DNA from: Eledone cirrhosa
Taxonomy: Eukaryota
Assembly: GCA_964016885.1 (NCBI GenBank)
Contig: OZ024746.1
Location: 36,704,001 to 36,768,000, forward strand
Direction: 5' to 3'
DNA: 64,000 bases
Below, in pieces: positions 26,834 through 40,407 of the stretch (its first letter is position 1; each line of letters opens with the position of its first letter). Both the position numbers and the translations under genes were made by a program. The notes under the pieces were generated by a model, which saw only the letters and a list, made by a program, of their open reading frames with translations, made no database searches and was not told the origin of the DNA.

Positions 26834-29800
26834 GTGTTTAAATGTGTTTAAATATCGAACCTAAACAGTTCGAATAACGGTGAAATGGAGACTAGAACGT
26901 CATGTGACAGACTCTCACCCAACAGGTGCTCCCTGGCTCAGCAGCAGGAACCTGGCTGTCTAACAAATACTGCTGGTGTCGGAGGAAGAAGAAGAAGGAA
27001 AGGGACCAGAACCAACTGGACGAAAGAATTGAATAGAGATGTTATGCAATGTTACCTGAAAAGTAACCCCAAGGAGAGGGGCTATAGGAGACGTATGCAT
27101 AACATCTGGAACGAGATTGGTCTATTTAAATTAGATGAACAACCATTGGCCAGGCAGGCTCCGGTAATAAGAACTAATGGGTGGATAAGCGAGCTGGAAC
27201 TGGAGGAACTGAGCAGAGAGATTAGCTTGGAGATGGAGGGTGGAGTATGCCAGGCAAACGAGCCAGTGGGAAATGAAGGTGAAGAGGTCGAGAGAACGGA
27301 GGAACCACCCGAAGCAGACAATGATCTGAATACTGAGATAAATAATACCTGGAACAGAGATACGGCCACTGAGAAGATGAATGCTGACGGGCTAGGACAA
27401 GATTCGGTTGACATCCTAAATTTAGTGGTAGATGAATTGAATAGTGGGAGACCTATGAACCTAAGATTTGTAGACAGGAAAAAGTTAAAAGAAACAACAG
27501 CTAAGGTAAACAAAGTAATCCCATACTTTGAGGCGAGGAGCCTTCACCAGTGCAACAATATCCTCAAAGTAACAGCAAATACGGCGAGGAAACTACTTGG
27601 TATAAAAGCGAGAGGAAAAAACAGACAAGAAAGAGCAGAGCCTTGTTGGAAGAAACGACTGAGTGGTCAAATCAGGGAAATGAAAAATGACATTGGAAAG
27701 CTTGAGTCACTACTGAATGGGACACTAAAAAACATTGGCACTAAAAATAAACTGGAAATAAAGTACAAAACTAGGAGGAAAAAGCTAAATATTATCATAG
27801 AGGAACTGAAGCAACGCATTGTAGCAAAGAGTGCAAAAATCAGGCGATACGAGAACAGAGTCAGTCAGTATAAACAGAACCGCATGTTCGACAACAACCA
27901 GAAGATGCTGTTTGAACAGCTTGAGGGGAAAGAAAGAGGCAACGGCTTGATCCCTGGGGCGGAACAAACTAAAACATTCTGGATAGGAATATGGGAGCAG
28001 GATGTCAGACACAATGCCCAGGCAGGGTGGATTGAGACAGTACAGAGGGAGATCGGTGAGCAGGCACACCAACAAACTGATTTGAGTATCACAGTTGAAA
28101 CTCTTAAGGGGCAGGCCAAAAAGCTAACCAACTGGAAATCACCAGGCCCAGATGGTGTGCAGGGGTATTGGATTACAAATTTAACATCCCTCCACCCGAA
28201 ACTGACAACCATGTTCAATGACTGCTTGATGTCAGCTGAGGTACCAGAGTGGTTGACAAAAGGTACCACAGTTCTGATAATGAAAGACCGAATCAAGGGT
28301 GATGATGTTACCAACTATAGACCTATCACATGTCTGTCCGTAATGTGGAAACTGTTGACGAGCATTGTGTCTGAGGAAATCTACCATCACCTCCCCACAA
28401 ACAACTTGTTACCGGACGAACAGAAAGGATGCCGAAAGAAGTCACGTGGTACAAAGGACCAGTTACTCATTGATAAGATGGTAATGGGGAATTGCAGGAG
28501 GAGACACACTGATCTTGCCATGGGATGGATAGACTACAGAAAGGCATTTGACATGGTGCCTCATTCTTGGATCACCAAAAGCATGGAGATCTTCAGGGTG
28601 GCAGATAACATCAGACAGTTGCTGGGCAGGAGTATGAAGTCCCGGAAACAGAGTTGACATCAACTGGAGAATCCTTGGGAAGCGTGAAGATCAAGAGAGG
28701 TATCTTCCAGGGAGATAGCCTGTCCCCTCTGTTGTTTGTCCTTGCCCTGAAGCCCCTGACAATTATGCTGCGAAAGGTGAGAGCAGGATACAAGTTGGGA
28801 AAAGGAGAGCTTACCATCAATCACCTCCTCTTCATGGACGATCTTAAGCTCTTCGGGAAGAGTGAGACGGAGTTGGGTGTGCTTGTTGACACTGTCCGTA
28901 TTTTCAGCAGTAATATAAGTATGCAGGTTTTTATTAGTAAGTGTGGAGTCATTGTGATGAGGAGGGTTAGGTTGAGCAGAAGTAACGGAATCCAGATACC
29001 AACAGGTGAGATGATAAAGGAAATTGAATCTGAGGAAGGATACAAGTATTTGGGCGTTCTGGAGGCTGATGGCATAAAGAACAAAAAAATGAAGGAATTG
29101 TTAAGAACTGAATATATTCGGAGAGTAAGGAGCGTATTGAATTCACATCTGAACAGTATAAATGCCATAAGCGCAGTAAATTCCCGAGCTGTGTCTATAA
29201 TTAGGTACAGTGCGGGAATTCTGAGATGGAATGTTGCTGAACAAAATGAAATGGATAGGAAGACTAGGAAGCTTTTGACTATCTACAACATGTTCCAGAA
29301 GAGGAGTGATGTCGATAGAATCTCCCTAAGGAGATCTGAGGGTGGAAGAGGTTTTATCAGCATAGAGGACTGTGTTCAGATGGAGAAAAACAATACACAA
29401 ATACGTGACTGATAGTTAAGGAGCCAATGCTCAGAACTGTACTGAAGGAGGGGACAATAGGCCAGGGGATGTCCAGGGAGGAAATAACATCAAGGAGAAA
29501 GAGCAGCCTTCAGGGAAAATCCCTTCATAGTACCTTCTTTGAGAAAACTGAATTTAGAGATCCACAGACATGGAACTGGTTGAGAAGAGGATACCTCAAA
29601 AAGGCTACAGATGGAATGTTAATGGCTGCGCAGGAGTAGGTCCTCAAAACGAAGTGGTTGAACCACCATATTTACAAGGAGGAGGCTAGCCCACTGTGCA
29701 GAATCTGTGGAGAGAGAGAGGAGACTGTGACTCCCATTGTGTCCGAGTGTAAACACCTAGCCCAGACCCACTATAAGGGCTGGAGACATGATGTGATGGG

Positions 29801-30308
29801 CAGGAAGATCCACTGGCACCTGTGCAAAGTAAACGATTTACCACATTCTGAGAAATGGTATGAGCATAAGCCAGAGGCGGTGATGGAGAACGATCAGGTG
29901 AAGGTGCTGTGGGATTTTAGGATACAGACGGACAAGAAACTGGAACACAATAGATGTGCCTGATTATGGATGTGGCCTGCCCATTCGACACGAGAGTGCA
30001 AGAGAAGGAGAGGAAGAAAATTAACCGAAACCAGGACTTAAAGTGGGAGGTAAAAAGGATTTGGTACTGCGATGAAGTCAAAGTGATCCCGATTGTCATA
30101 GGCGCACTGGGGACTATCTCCAAAAGTTTCCAGGGATGGTTAAAGAAAATCGGCCCCTACACACTTTTAGGAACGCTTCAAAAGGCATGCTTGCTGGGAA
30201 CAGCAAGAACCCTCCGATACGTCCTGAATATTTGAGGCTGCAGGTAGTGGCTTGATATTCAATCCAGCGGACTTTCCAGTTAACTAACATCAATGACTGA
30301 GATTCAAG

Positions 30309-30310
<2 letters not shown>
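26834..30310 (+). mobile_element. R4/Dong-type non-LTR retrotransposon, family A copy 1 (near full length, disrupted)
   Basis: Single ORF from 26885: N-terminal NWTKELN...GYRRRMHNIW, RT ([21 protein letters not shown]), CRICGEREETV..IVSEC, RLE-type RHD..DVACP..K; (TAA)n at both ends. Confidence 0.93.
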
Positions 30311-30380
<70 letters not shown>

Positions 30381-33158
30381 GCAACAGCAAATACGGTGAG
30401 GAAACTACTTGGTATAAAAGCGAGAGGAAACAACAGACAAGAAAGAGCAGAGCCGTGGTGGAAGAAGCGACTGAGTGGGCAAATCGGGGAAATGAGAAAT
30501 GACATAGGAAAGCTTGAGTCACTACTGAATGGGACACTAAAAAACATAGGCACTAAAAATAGACTGGAAATAAAATACAAAACTAGGAGTAAAAAGCTAA
30601 ATATTATCATAGAGGAATTGAAGCAACGCATTGTAGCAAAGAGTGCCAAAATCAGGCGATACGAGAACAGAGTCAGTCAGTATAAACAGAACCGCATGTT
30701 CGACAACAACCAGAAGATGCTGTTTGGACAGCTTGAGGGGAAAGAAAGAGGCAACGACTTGATCCCTGGGGCGGAACAAGCTAAAACATTCTGGAGAGGA
30801 ATATGGGAGCAGGATGTTAGACACAATGCCCAGGCAGGGTGGATTGAGACAGTACAGAGGGAGATCGGTGAGCAGGCACAGCAACAGACTGATTTGAGTA
30901 TCACAGTTGAAACTCTTAAGGGGCAAGCCAAAAAACTAACCAACTGGAAATCACCAGGCCCAGATGGTGTGCAGGGGTATTGGATTAAACATTTAACATC
31001 CCTCCACCCGAAGCTGACGGCCATGTTCAATGACTGCTTGGTGTCGGGTGAGGTGCCAGAGTGGTTGACAAAAGGTACCACAGTTCTGATAATGAAAGAC
31101 CGAATCAAGGGTAATGATGTTACCAACTATAGACCTATCACATGTCTGCCCGTAATGTGGAAACTGTTGACGAGCATTGTGTCTGAGGAAATCTACCATC
31201 ACCTCCACACAAACAACTTGTTGCCGGACGAACAGAAAGGATGCCGAAAGAAGTCACGTGGTACAAAGGACCAGTTGCTTATTGATAAGATGGTAATGGG
31301 GAATTGCAGGAGGAGACACACTGATCTTGCCATGGGATGGATAGACTACAGAAAGGCATTTGACATGGTGCCTCATTCCTGGATCACCAAAAGCCTGGAG
31401 ATCTTCAGGGTGGCAGATAACATCAGACAGTTGCTGGGCAGGAGTATGGGGTCCTGGGAGACAGAGTTGACATCAACTGGAGTATCCTTGGGAAGCGTGA
31501 AGATCAAGAGAGGTATCTTCCAGGGAGATAGCCTGTCCCCTCTGTTGTTTGTCCTTGCCCTGATGCCCTTGACCATTATGCTGCGAAAAGTGAGAGCAGG
31601 ATACAAGTTGGGAAGGGGAGAGCTTACCATCAATCACCTCCTCTTCATGGACGATCTTAAGCTCTTCGGGAAAAGTGAGAAGGAGTTGGATGTGCTTGTT
31701 GACACTGTCCGTATTTTCAGCAGTGATATATGTATGCAGTTTGGTATTGGTAAATGTGGAGTCATTGTGATGAGGAGGGGTAGGTTGAGCAGAAGTAACG
31801 GGATCCAGATACCAACAGGTGAGATGATAAAGGAAATTGACTCTGAGGAAGGATAGAAGTATTTGGGCGTTCTGGAGGCTGATGGCATAAAGAACAAAAA
31901 AATGAAGGAATTGTTAAGAACTGAATACATTCGGAGAGTAAGGAGCGTATTGAAGTCACATCTGAACAGCAGAAATGCCATAAGTGCAGTAAATTCCCGA
32001 GCTGTGTCTATTATTAGGTACAGTGCGGGAATTCTGAGATGGAATGTTGCTGAACAAAAAGAAATGGATAGGAAGACTAGGAAGCTATTGACTATCTACA
32101 ACATGTTCCACAAGAGGAGTGATGTCGATAGACTCTACCTAAGGAGATCTGAGGGTGGAAGAGGTCTTATCAGCATAGAGGACTGTGTTCAGATGGAGAA
32201 AAACAACCTATACAAATACGTGACCTATAGTAAGGAGCCAATGCTCAGAGCTGTACTGAAGGAGGGGACAGTAGGCCAGGGGATACCCAAGGAGGAAATA
32301 ACATCAAGGAGGAAGAGCAGCCTTAAGGGAAAATCCCTTCATAGTACCTTCTTTGAGAAAACTGAATTTAGAGATCCACAGACATGGAACTGGTTGAGAA
32401 GAGGAGACCTCAAAAAGGCTACAGAAGGAATGCTAATGGCTGCGCAGGAGCAGGCCCTCAAAACGAAGTGGTTGAAGCACCATATCTACAAGGAGGAGGC
32501 TAGCCCACTGTGCAGGATCTGTGGAGAGAGATAGGAGACTGTGGCTCACATTGTGTCCGAGTGTAAACACCTAGCCCAGACCCACTATAAGGGCTGGAGA
32601 CACGATGTGATGGGCAGGGTGATCCACTGGCACCTGTGCAAAGTAAACAATCTACCACATTCTGAGAAATGGTATGAGCATAGGCCAGAGGTGGTGATGG
32701 AGAACAGTCAGGTGAAGGTGCTGTGGGATTTTAGGATACAGACGGACAAAAAACTGGAACACAATAGACCTGACCTGGTGGTTGTGGACAAAGAAAAAAG
32801 ATCGTGCCTGATTGTGGATGTGGCCTGCCCGTTCGACACGAGAGTGCAAGAGAAGGAGAGGGAGAAAATTAACCGATACCAGGACCTAAAGTGGGAGGTG
32901 AAAAGGATTTGGAACTGCCATGAAGTCAAAGTGATCCCGATTGTCATAGGCGCACTGGGGACTATCTCCAAAGGTTTCCAGGGATGGTTAAAGAAAATCG
33001 GCCCCTTCACGCTTTTTGGAACGCTTCAAAAGGCATGCTTGCTTGGAACGGCAAGAACCCTCCGATACGTCCTGAATATCTGAGGCTGCAGGTAGTGGCT
33101 TGATATTCAATCCAACGGACTTTCCAGTTAACCAACATCAATGACTGAGATTCAAGGA
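30381..33158 (+). mobile_element. Dong family A copy 2 (5'-truncated, two nonsense codons)
   Basis: ORFs 30396-31856, 31863-32534 and 32541-33083 are in frame; RPDLVVVD..DVACP..KINRYQDL; (TAA)n flanks. Confidence 0.94.
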
Positions 33159-33196
33159 ATAACAATAACAATAATAATAATAATAATAATAATAAT

Positions 33197-33535
33197 GTGG
33201 CCTGCCCATTCGACACGAGAGTGCAAGAGAAGGAGAGGGAGAAAATTAACCGATACCAGGACTTAAAGTGGGAGGTAAAAAGGATTTGGAACTGCCATGA
33301 AGTCAAAGCGATCGCGATTCTCATAGGCGCACTGGGGACTATCTCAAAAGATTTCCAGGGATGGTTAAAGAAAATTGGCCCCTTCATGCTTTTTGGAACG
33401 CTTCAAAAGGCATGCTTGCTGGGAACAGCAAGAACCCTCCGATATGTCCTGAATATCTGAGGCTGCAGGTAATGGCTTGATATTCATTCCAACAAACTTT
33501 CCAGTTAACTAACATCAATGACTGAGACTCAAGGA
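33197..33535 (+). mobile_element. Dong family A copy 3 (3'-terminal 340 bp)
   Basis: Same C-terminus and 3' UTR ending CAAGGA followed by a TAA-rich tail. Confidence 0.93.
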
Positions 33536-33570
33536 GTAATAACAATAATAATAATAATAATAATAATAAT

Positions 33571-34468
33571 AAGAAGAAGAAGAAGAATAATGAGGTGGTA
33601 GAATGTCATGTAATCGCTCCCGTAAGTTTTTGATTTTTAACATATTTAAATCAATTGTGAAATAACAATTCTTAGTACAAATGTTGCATAAACCACCGAA
33701 TCAGGTCCCATAAAGTTTCGGATCCATATTATATTGTTGTATCGCTCAAATATTCTATTTTGTATTATATATTTTGTATTGAAAAAAAAAGAAAATGGTT
33801 ATAAATGGGTAAAAAAACACCCTCTGTCTACACTATATAGAACAGCCAAATAACAGCAATTTCACCAACACCAGAAACTTGATACACCACCTATCCCATC
33901 ACAGTAAATATAACAGCCAGATAACGGCAATTTCACCAGCATCATAATAATAATTACTATTATTATTGTCTCAAATTTTTAAAAAATGTTTAATTCCAGT
34001 TTTACGGGAATATGTCAACACAAAATATAATAAAAATACATATTAAACATACGAACACAAACTCATAGATACTACATATCAGTAACCACAACGCCACCGC
34101 TGCCACCACCCCACCCCCATCCATCATTGCTACCACTATCCCATCGTCGCCGCCACCACTCCTTCAATGCTACCACCACTATTCCCCTGTTAACTTGAGA
34201 GAGAAAGGGGAAGGTGGCGGTATCACTAGACAAGGGACAGGCTAGCAAAAGATATAAATAGATTGACTTAGTGGCCTGGCCACCGGCCAAACGTCAGCAT
34301 CAACAACTATGGGACTCCTGGCTCACCCCTTCCTCACCAACAATATAAAAAAAACCGACACCACCACCGACTTAGCCAACAACAATAACAGCCAACTACA
34401 ACAAAAAGTATATTATATTATTGTAATGCACTGGGTGATTGCTGGCCTTGTGCCTGGAGTGGAGACAA
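33571..34468 (+). repeat. Spacer unit X, copy 1
   Basis: Start (GAGGTG...AATCGCTCCCGTAAGTTTT) recurs at ~39470 and, inverted, at ~44560-44700; distal part recurs inverted at 48800-49190. Confidence 0.75.
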
Positions 34469-35334
34469 TCTATATATATAAAACTGTGGTTGTCTGTCTG
34501 TCTATCGATTTTTGGCACACATCTCCTCTTAGAATCTCTCACGGAATTGCACCGAAATTGCTATACTTGTACATTGAGCCCTAGCGAAGACATCAGAAAA
34601 AAAAAATATTTCAAATTGACCCACCCTATGTGACGAAATCGAATATAATGTATCGATTTTTGAGCGTAAGTTATCAGTTATTTCCCTTTGTTCTGTTTAC
34701 ATTGAGCGTCTTACGTAAAAAATTACGCTGGCTTTCCAGCAAAATATTGACCTGCAAAATTCATCAGTTCGAACACTAAGCTTCCGTTTTGCTTCATTTC
34801 CATTTAAAAGCATTTTAAAACAATATTTTTACTTGAAAACAAGTCTATTTAAAGACTACGTAAAACAAGCAAATATTTCGTCGTTAGGCGTGCAGACAGA
34901 CAGTAGTGCAGACAGACAGTCGTGCAGAGAGGTGATATAGGCGTGCAGACAGACACTCGTGCAGAGAGGTGATATAGGCGTGCAGACAGACAGTCGTGCA
35001 GAGAGGTGATATAGGCGTGCAGACAGACATAACTGATAATTTGGTTACGCTAATGTTTTTCTCTGCGTTGCAGTGTTTACATTTTCGATCTTTGTTAATA
35101 AATAACCAGTGCAGTTTCTATCCCCAGCATCCGCTTTTGTTATAACATTCGGGTTATCGTTATGTTTTCTTAACTTCATAAGGCATATTGTTGGTTGAGG
35201 GAATATTAATCAAAAACACCACATGCAAGTCTGCACAGTAGACACTACATTTTTTAAGCCAAGAAAGAAACTTAACATTGTAACTTTAACACAGCTACTG
35301 AGCGACCCCGAGCAACGCCGGGCTTTACTGCTAG
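34469..35334 (+). mobile_element. Non-autonomous Helitron (866 bp)
   Basis: 5' TC, 3' CTAG with subterminal CCCG..CGGG hairpin, inserted between A and T without TSD; empty site in the paralogue at ~48796-48820. Confidence 0.9.
34886..35030 (+). repeat. 37-bp tandem repeat (~3 units plus partials) inside the Helitron
   Basis: Unit CGTGCAGAGAGGTGATATAGGCGTGCAGACAGACA(C/G)T at 34921, 34958 and 34995. Confidence 0.92.
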
Positions 35335-35345
35335 TTATTAATAAT

Positions 35346-38300
35346 TTCATTCTTAAGCCACGCAATGCTCACATTAAGGAACCACTCATGATAATAACAA
35401 TTTAAAAAAAAAAAACAAAGAGAAAACCACGTGACCAAGAAATACCGGGATGGCGGCCGGCGGGGAATAGCCGTGTCTCTAGGGGAGAACGACCCCTCTA
35501 GTCTTGGTTGACACTCGTTCTAGAAGTGGTAACACGAAATGATTACCCCTTGGCGGATAAGGATAAAACGCGACAAAATAAAGTAAATGTCTAATGATAA
35601 AATCTCATACCGGATCGGCCGTCACCCGGGTAAAAAAGCGCCGCGTCCCTCAGATAGGAACCAGACTGGGGTCGAAAAATCAGTTAATGGTTCAAACCTT
35701 CCCATCTCTTCGGAGCTGGAGACCTCCCATAACCGGAATACTCCTACTGTTGGCCCTCCATGCTCACCACCAAGAAATCCAAAGAAAAAGAAGAAAAATG
35801 GTCAAGGGAAGATAATAAAGATGTCCTTGAGGCTTTCTACACTGCCATGTACTACCCATCAAATACATCGAATACAGAACAGACATATATCAACTGGAAA
35901 AAGAAACATCCCGAAAACAGAGGCTATATTGACAGTAACCAACTAGCCAATATACGAAGAAATATTGTAAGAAAAAAAGTTGCTAACTGATATAGAAATT
36001 GATCAGATCAAGCTATTAGCACAAAGTCAGCGAAGGGAAAATGAAACATGTGTCAGTGAAAACGAGATAAACTGTAACACTTCGAACCCCAGGGTTGGGG
36101 CGGAATCACTGGCAACAGAACAAATTAAAGAAAGGATCGAAAAAGTGGAGGGAGTGCATGCTCAGGATAAAACTCCAAATGAAAATAATGAGATCGTAAA
36201 TGATAAAGAAATGAATGGGAATGAACTTGCCAACTTGAAGGATGAAATTATGATCGAATGGATGAAAATGAAAGAATCTGACATGGGGCAACGAGACACC
36301 CTCCCTAAGATCCATAACTCCAAACAGAACCAAAAGATAATACACAAGACTAACATAATTCTCAAAAACATTATCATCACAAACAAACTAAACATTACTG
36401 ATTTAAATCATCTCTATTATGCATCGGCTAAAGTCACCACTCACTTATGTGGAGTGAAGATGAAAAAACAAAGGAATTCCCACAAGAAATCTACTTGGCA
36501 AGAGAACATCAATCGCCAAATAAAACTTCTCCGATCTGACATAGAAATTTTAACAAACTATAAAGTAGGTGGACATGTTAAACAAACTAAACTTAGAAAA
36601 TTGAAAAAAAAGTACAGTATAAAATCAACATGTGACATAGACATGCTGATAGAAATAATCAAGCAAAAAGTGTCGGCCAAAGCTGCTCGTATAAGGCGCT
36701 TTGAAAAACGATCTAGATTCTATAAGGACAATAATACGTTCAAAAACAACCAAAGAAAATTCTACAGAAAAATTGGTAAGTCAACAATAACTGCTAAACC
36801 AATACCACCCAAGGAGGAAGTGCAAGAATTCTGGGAAAAGATCTGGGCCGAAGAAAAAGTTCATAACATACATGCCCCATGGATAGACAGACAAATGAAA
36901 GATACAGCTCACCTTGAGGAACAAACATGGGAAAATATAACAGTTGAACAGTTGCGCTTGGCTCTAAGAAAAACCAGCAAATGGAGATCCCCAGGAAAAG
37001 ACAAAATACAAAACTTTTGGATAAATGCCTTCACAAATCTCATGAGCTGTTAGCCCAACTTTACAATGAAATAGTTAAGGAGCCAGAAAAGATACCATCA
37101 TTGCTAGTTAACGGCATTACATTCCTGCTTCCGAAGAATGATGAGACAAACAATCCCCAAAATTACAGTCCGATAACTTGCTTGACCACAATGTATGAAA
37201 TTTTAACATCAGTCCTAACTGAATACACATATAACCACCTGATAACAAATGACCTATTTCCCATTGAGCAGAAAGGGTGTAAACGAGGCTCATATGGCTG
37301 TAAGGATCAGCTTCTGGTTAACAAAATGATACTGGAAGATTGTCATAATAGACACAAAAATCTATCGATTGCTTGGATAGATTATAAAAAAGCATTCGAT
37401 AGTTTGCCACACAGTTGGATTGAAAAATGTTTAGAGATTTTCAAAATATCCCCCGTTGTCAGGAGGTTTTTGTCATTCAGTATGAAGACATGGAAAACGA
37501 CACTCCTTTTGAATAGTGAAACAAAATCACTGGAAGCTGGAGAAGTTAATATTAATTGTGGAATTTTTCAGGGTGACTCTTTATCACCGCTTTTAATCTG
37601 CATCGCACTTATACCATTAAGTAAAATGCTCAATGAAACAAAACATGGATATAAAGTCTATGACAAAACCATTAATCACCTGTTCTACATGGATGACCTG
37701 AAACTATTTGCAAAAAATGATGAACAATTGCAAGGGCTATTATCCACTGTGAAGCAGTTCAGTGATGACATTAAAATGGAGTTTGGACTAGATAAATGCG
37801 CCAAAGCAACGTTCACCAGAGGGAAGCTGCTGAAGAGTTCAGACATTAATCTTGATCGGGGGAACGTGATAAGAGAACTTGATCAAGAAAAAACTTACAA
37901 ATATCTAGGTGTTTGTGAAGGAGACGGAATCAAGCACTCGACAATGAGGGACAGGATAAGGAAGGAATGTTACCGCAGAGTAAGAGTAATCTTAAGAACG
38001 GAATTGAATGCAAGGAATAGGATCGATGCCATAAACACGCTTGCATTACCAGTAGTAACCTACAGTTACAATGTCATCAACTGGTCAAGCACAGAGATCC
38101 GGAGGCTCGATACAAAAATTCGAAAATTCTTAACCATGCACAGAATGCATCACCCTAAGGCAGATATAGATAGAATATATCTCCCTAGGAAAGAAGGAGG
38201 ACGTGGGTTAATCCAGTTAGACATTGCGTTGAAAACTGCAACAATTGGATTATCTACATATCTAAGGGAATCACATGATTGGATCATCAAACTCGTTTTG

Positions 38301-39381
38301 AAACACGAAAGCATCAAAAGATCATGTATCATTACAAAAGATGCACAAAGATACAGTAATGGACTACAAATCTCAGAAGTCCCATTTACTGCTGAAATGG
38401 AAAACACAGAAAAAGCAAAGCCGGTAAAAGTAACTGCAAAGAAAGAACTGCTACAGAAACTGGCTAAGAAATGGCAAGAAAAGCCTCTGTATGGAAAATA
38501 CCCAGAGCGAGCTAACAATCCTGATGTTGACAAAACTTTAACCCATCAGTGGTTGGCATCCTCTGGACTGAAATCGGAGACTGAAGGACTGATTATATCG
38601 GCACAAGATCAGTGTCTGCCAACAAAAAATTACCAAGCCAACATAATAAAAAATGGGTGCAGCCCATTATGCCGTGTATGCAAAAAACAACCAGAGATCA
38701 TTGACCATATAATTTCAATGTGCAGTCCTATAGCTCCAACCGAATACCTAAACAGGCATGACAGAGCTTCACAATACATACATTGGATAATGTGTAAGCA
38801 TTTTGATCTGCCCCATCAATTAGAATTGGTGGGAGCATCAACCACCTCCCATACTTGAAAAAGATCACATCTCAATCTTGTGGAACTTTAGCATCCAAAC
38901 AGACCGAAAAATAGATGCAAACAGACCTGATATAATATTGAAAGACTTTTAAAAGAGGGTATGCCTGCTAATTGATATGTCTGTTCCAATAGACAAGAAT
39001 GTATCTATAAAAAGCATTTGAAAAATTGAGCAAGTATAAGGACCTGGATATAGAAATTGGAAAAATGTGGAAATTGAGAACTAAGACAATACCAGTGGTT
39101 GTAGGCGCTCAGGGAATGATACCTAAGGGGTCTAATGATTACATATCGCAAATCCCAGGAAACCCGCGTATAGGAGAAATACAAAAGTTAGTACTAATGG
39201 GAACTGCCCATATACTAAGGAAGATTCTGTCAATATAAGTACATCACAAGTCTAAACACTAAAGATGCATGTGTTAATATGTATGTTCTTTCTTGAACAT
39301 GGCTGACCTTGTTGTCTCTTGAGGTCACTGGTTGTGACTTGGTGATAACTCGTATGAACATAAAGCAAGATAAATGCAACT

Positions 39382-39382
<1 letters not shown>
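35346..39382 (+). mobile_element. R4/Dong-type retrotransposon, family B copy 1 (full length, frameshifted)
   Basis: ORF from 35587; RT YMDD; CRVCKKQPEIIDHIISMC; RHD; C-terminus IQKLVLMGTAHILRKIL; 3' (TAA)n at 39383-39460. Confidence 0.93.
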
Positions 39383-39460
<78 letters not shown>

Positions 39461-39461
<1 letters not shown>

Positions 39462-40400
39462 GGGAAGAAGACGCACGAGGTGACGGATGTCATGAAATCG
39501 CTCCCGTAAGTTTTGAATTTTTAACATATTTAAATCATTTGTGAAATAACAACTCTTAGTACAAATGCTACGTAAAGCACCCGGCTTGAGCCCCAAAAAA
39601 TTCGGACCCAAAATATATTGTTATAAGGCTCAAATATTCAAATATTCAACTTTGTATTGTACACTGTATATCCAAAAAGGAAAATGGCTATAAATGGAAG
39701 AATAACCCCCCCCCCCCTCCTCTCCTCTGGCTACACTATATAGGACAGCCAAACTCACAAACACCAGAAACTAGATACACCACCCACCCCATCATCTGTG
39801 TACACTAAACACAACAGCCAGATAGCGGCATTTTCACCTTCACCGCCACCGCTCACTACGGCCATCATTACCGCCACCACCCCTTGACTCCTTCACTACT
39901 GCCACCGCTACAGCACCATCACTACAGTAATACGGTCACATCACCGCCACCACTGCCTCGGTATCGACATCACCACCACCACTGTCTCAGTATCGCTACC
40001 GCCGCCAGTCTCCCACTTCTCCCTGCTGGCTGCTACTTTCACATTATAGAATTCCTATTACTAACAAAGAGGAAGGCATCAAAATATATAGATAGACTCA
40101 AAAGAAAAAAGAAAAAACAAACAACAAAACCAAAGCAGCACAGCAACAACAGCAAAAACGAGAAAAACAAGCAGAGAAAAACAAAAACAAAAAAAGAAAC
40201 CCCCAAAACGTAAAGAAAATAAGAATGAAGAGAGAAGCAGGCGGACGGACAGAGTAGAGGGGGGAAAAAGTAAAACTTAAAAAACAAAAACTAAGTCAGA
40301 CATTCGAACACTACATTACAATGAAACTTATGCTTATTCATTTTTGGGGCCCTTTCTGCCTGTGTGTTTTTTTGTTTATGTGTGTTCGTATACAGCGTGG
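39461..40400 (+). repeat. Spacer unit X, copy 2
   Basis: First ~400 bp align with 33571-33950; followed by CCA/CAC-rich and A-rich low-complexity sequence. Confidence 0.7.
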
Positions 40401-40407
40401 TGATAAT

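Noticed and set aside
34886-35030. 37-bp periodic repeat as a CRISPR-like array
   Set aside because: No unique spacers, eukaryotic context, no cas genes; it is a minisatellite inside a Helitron
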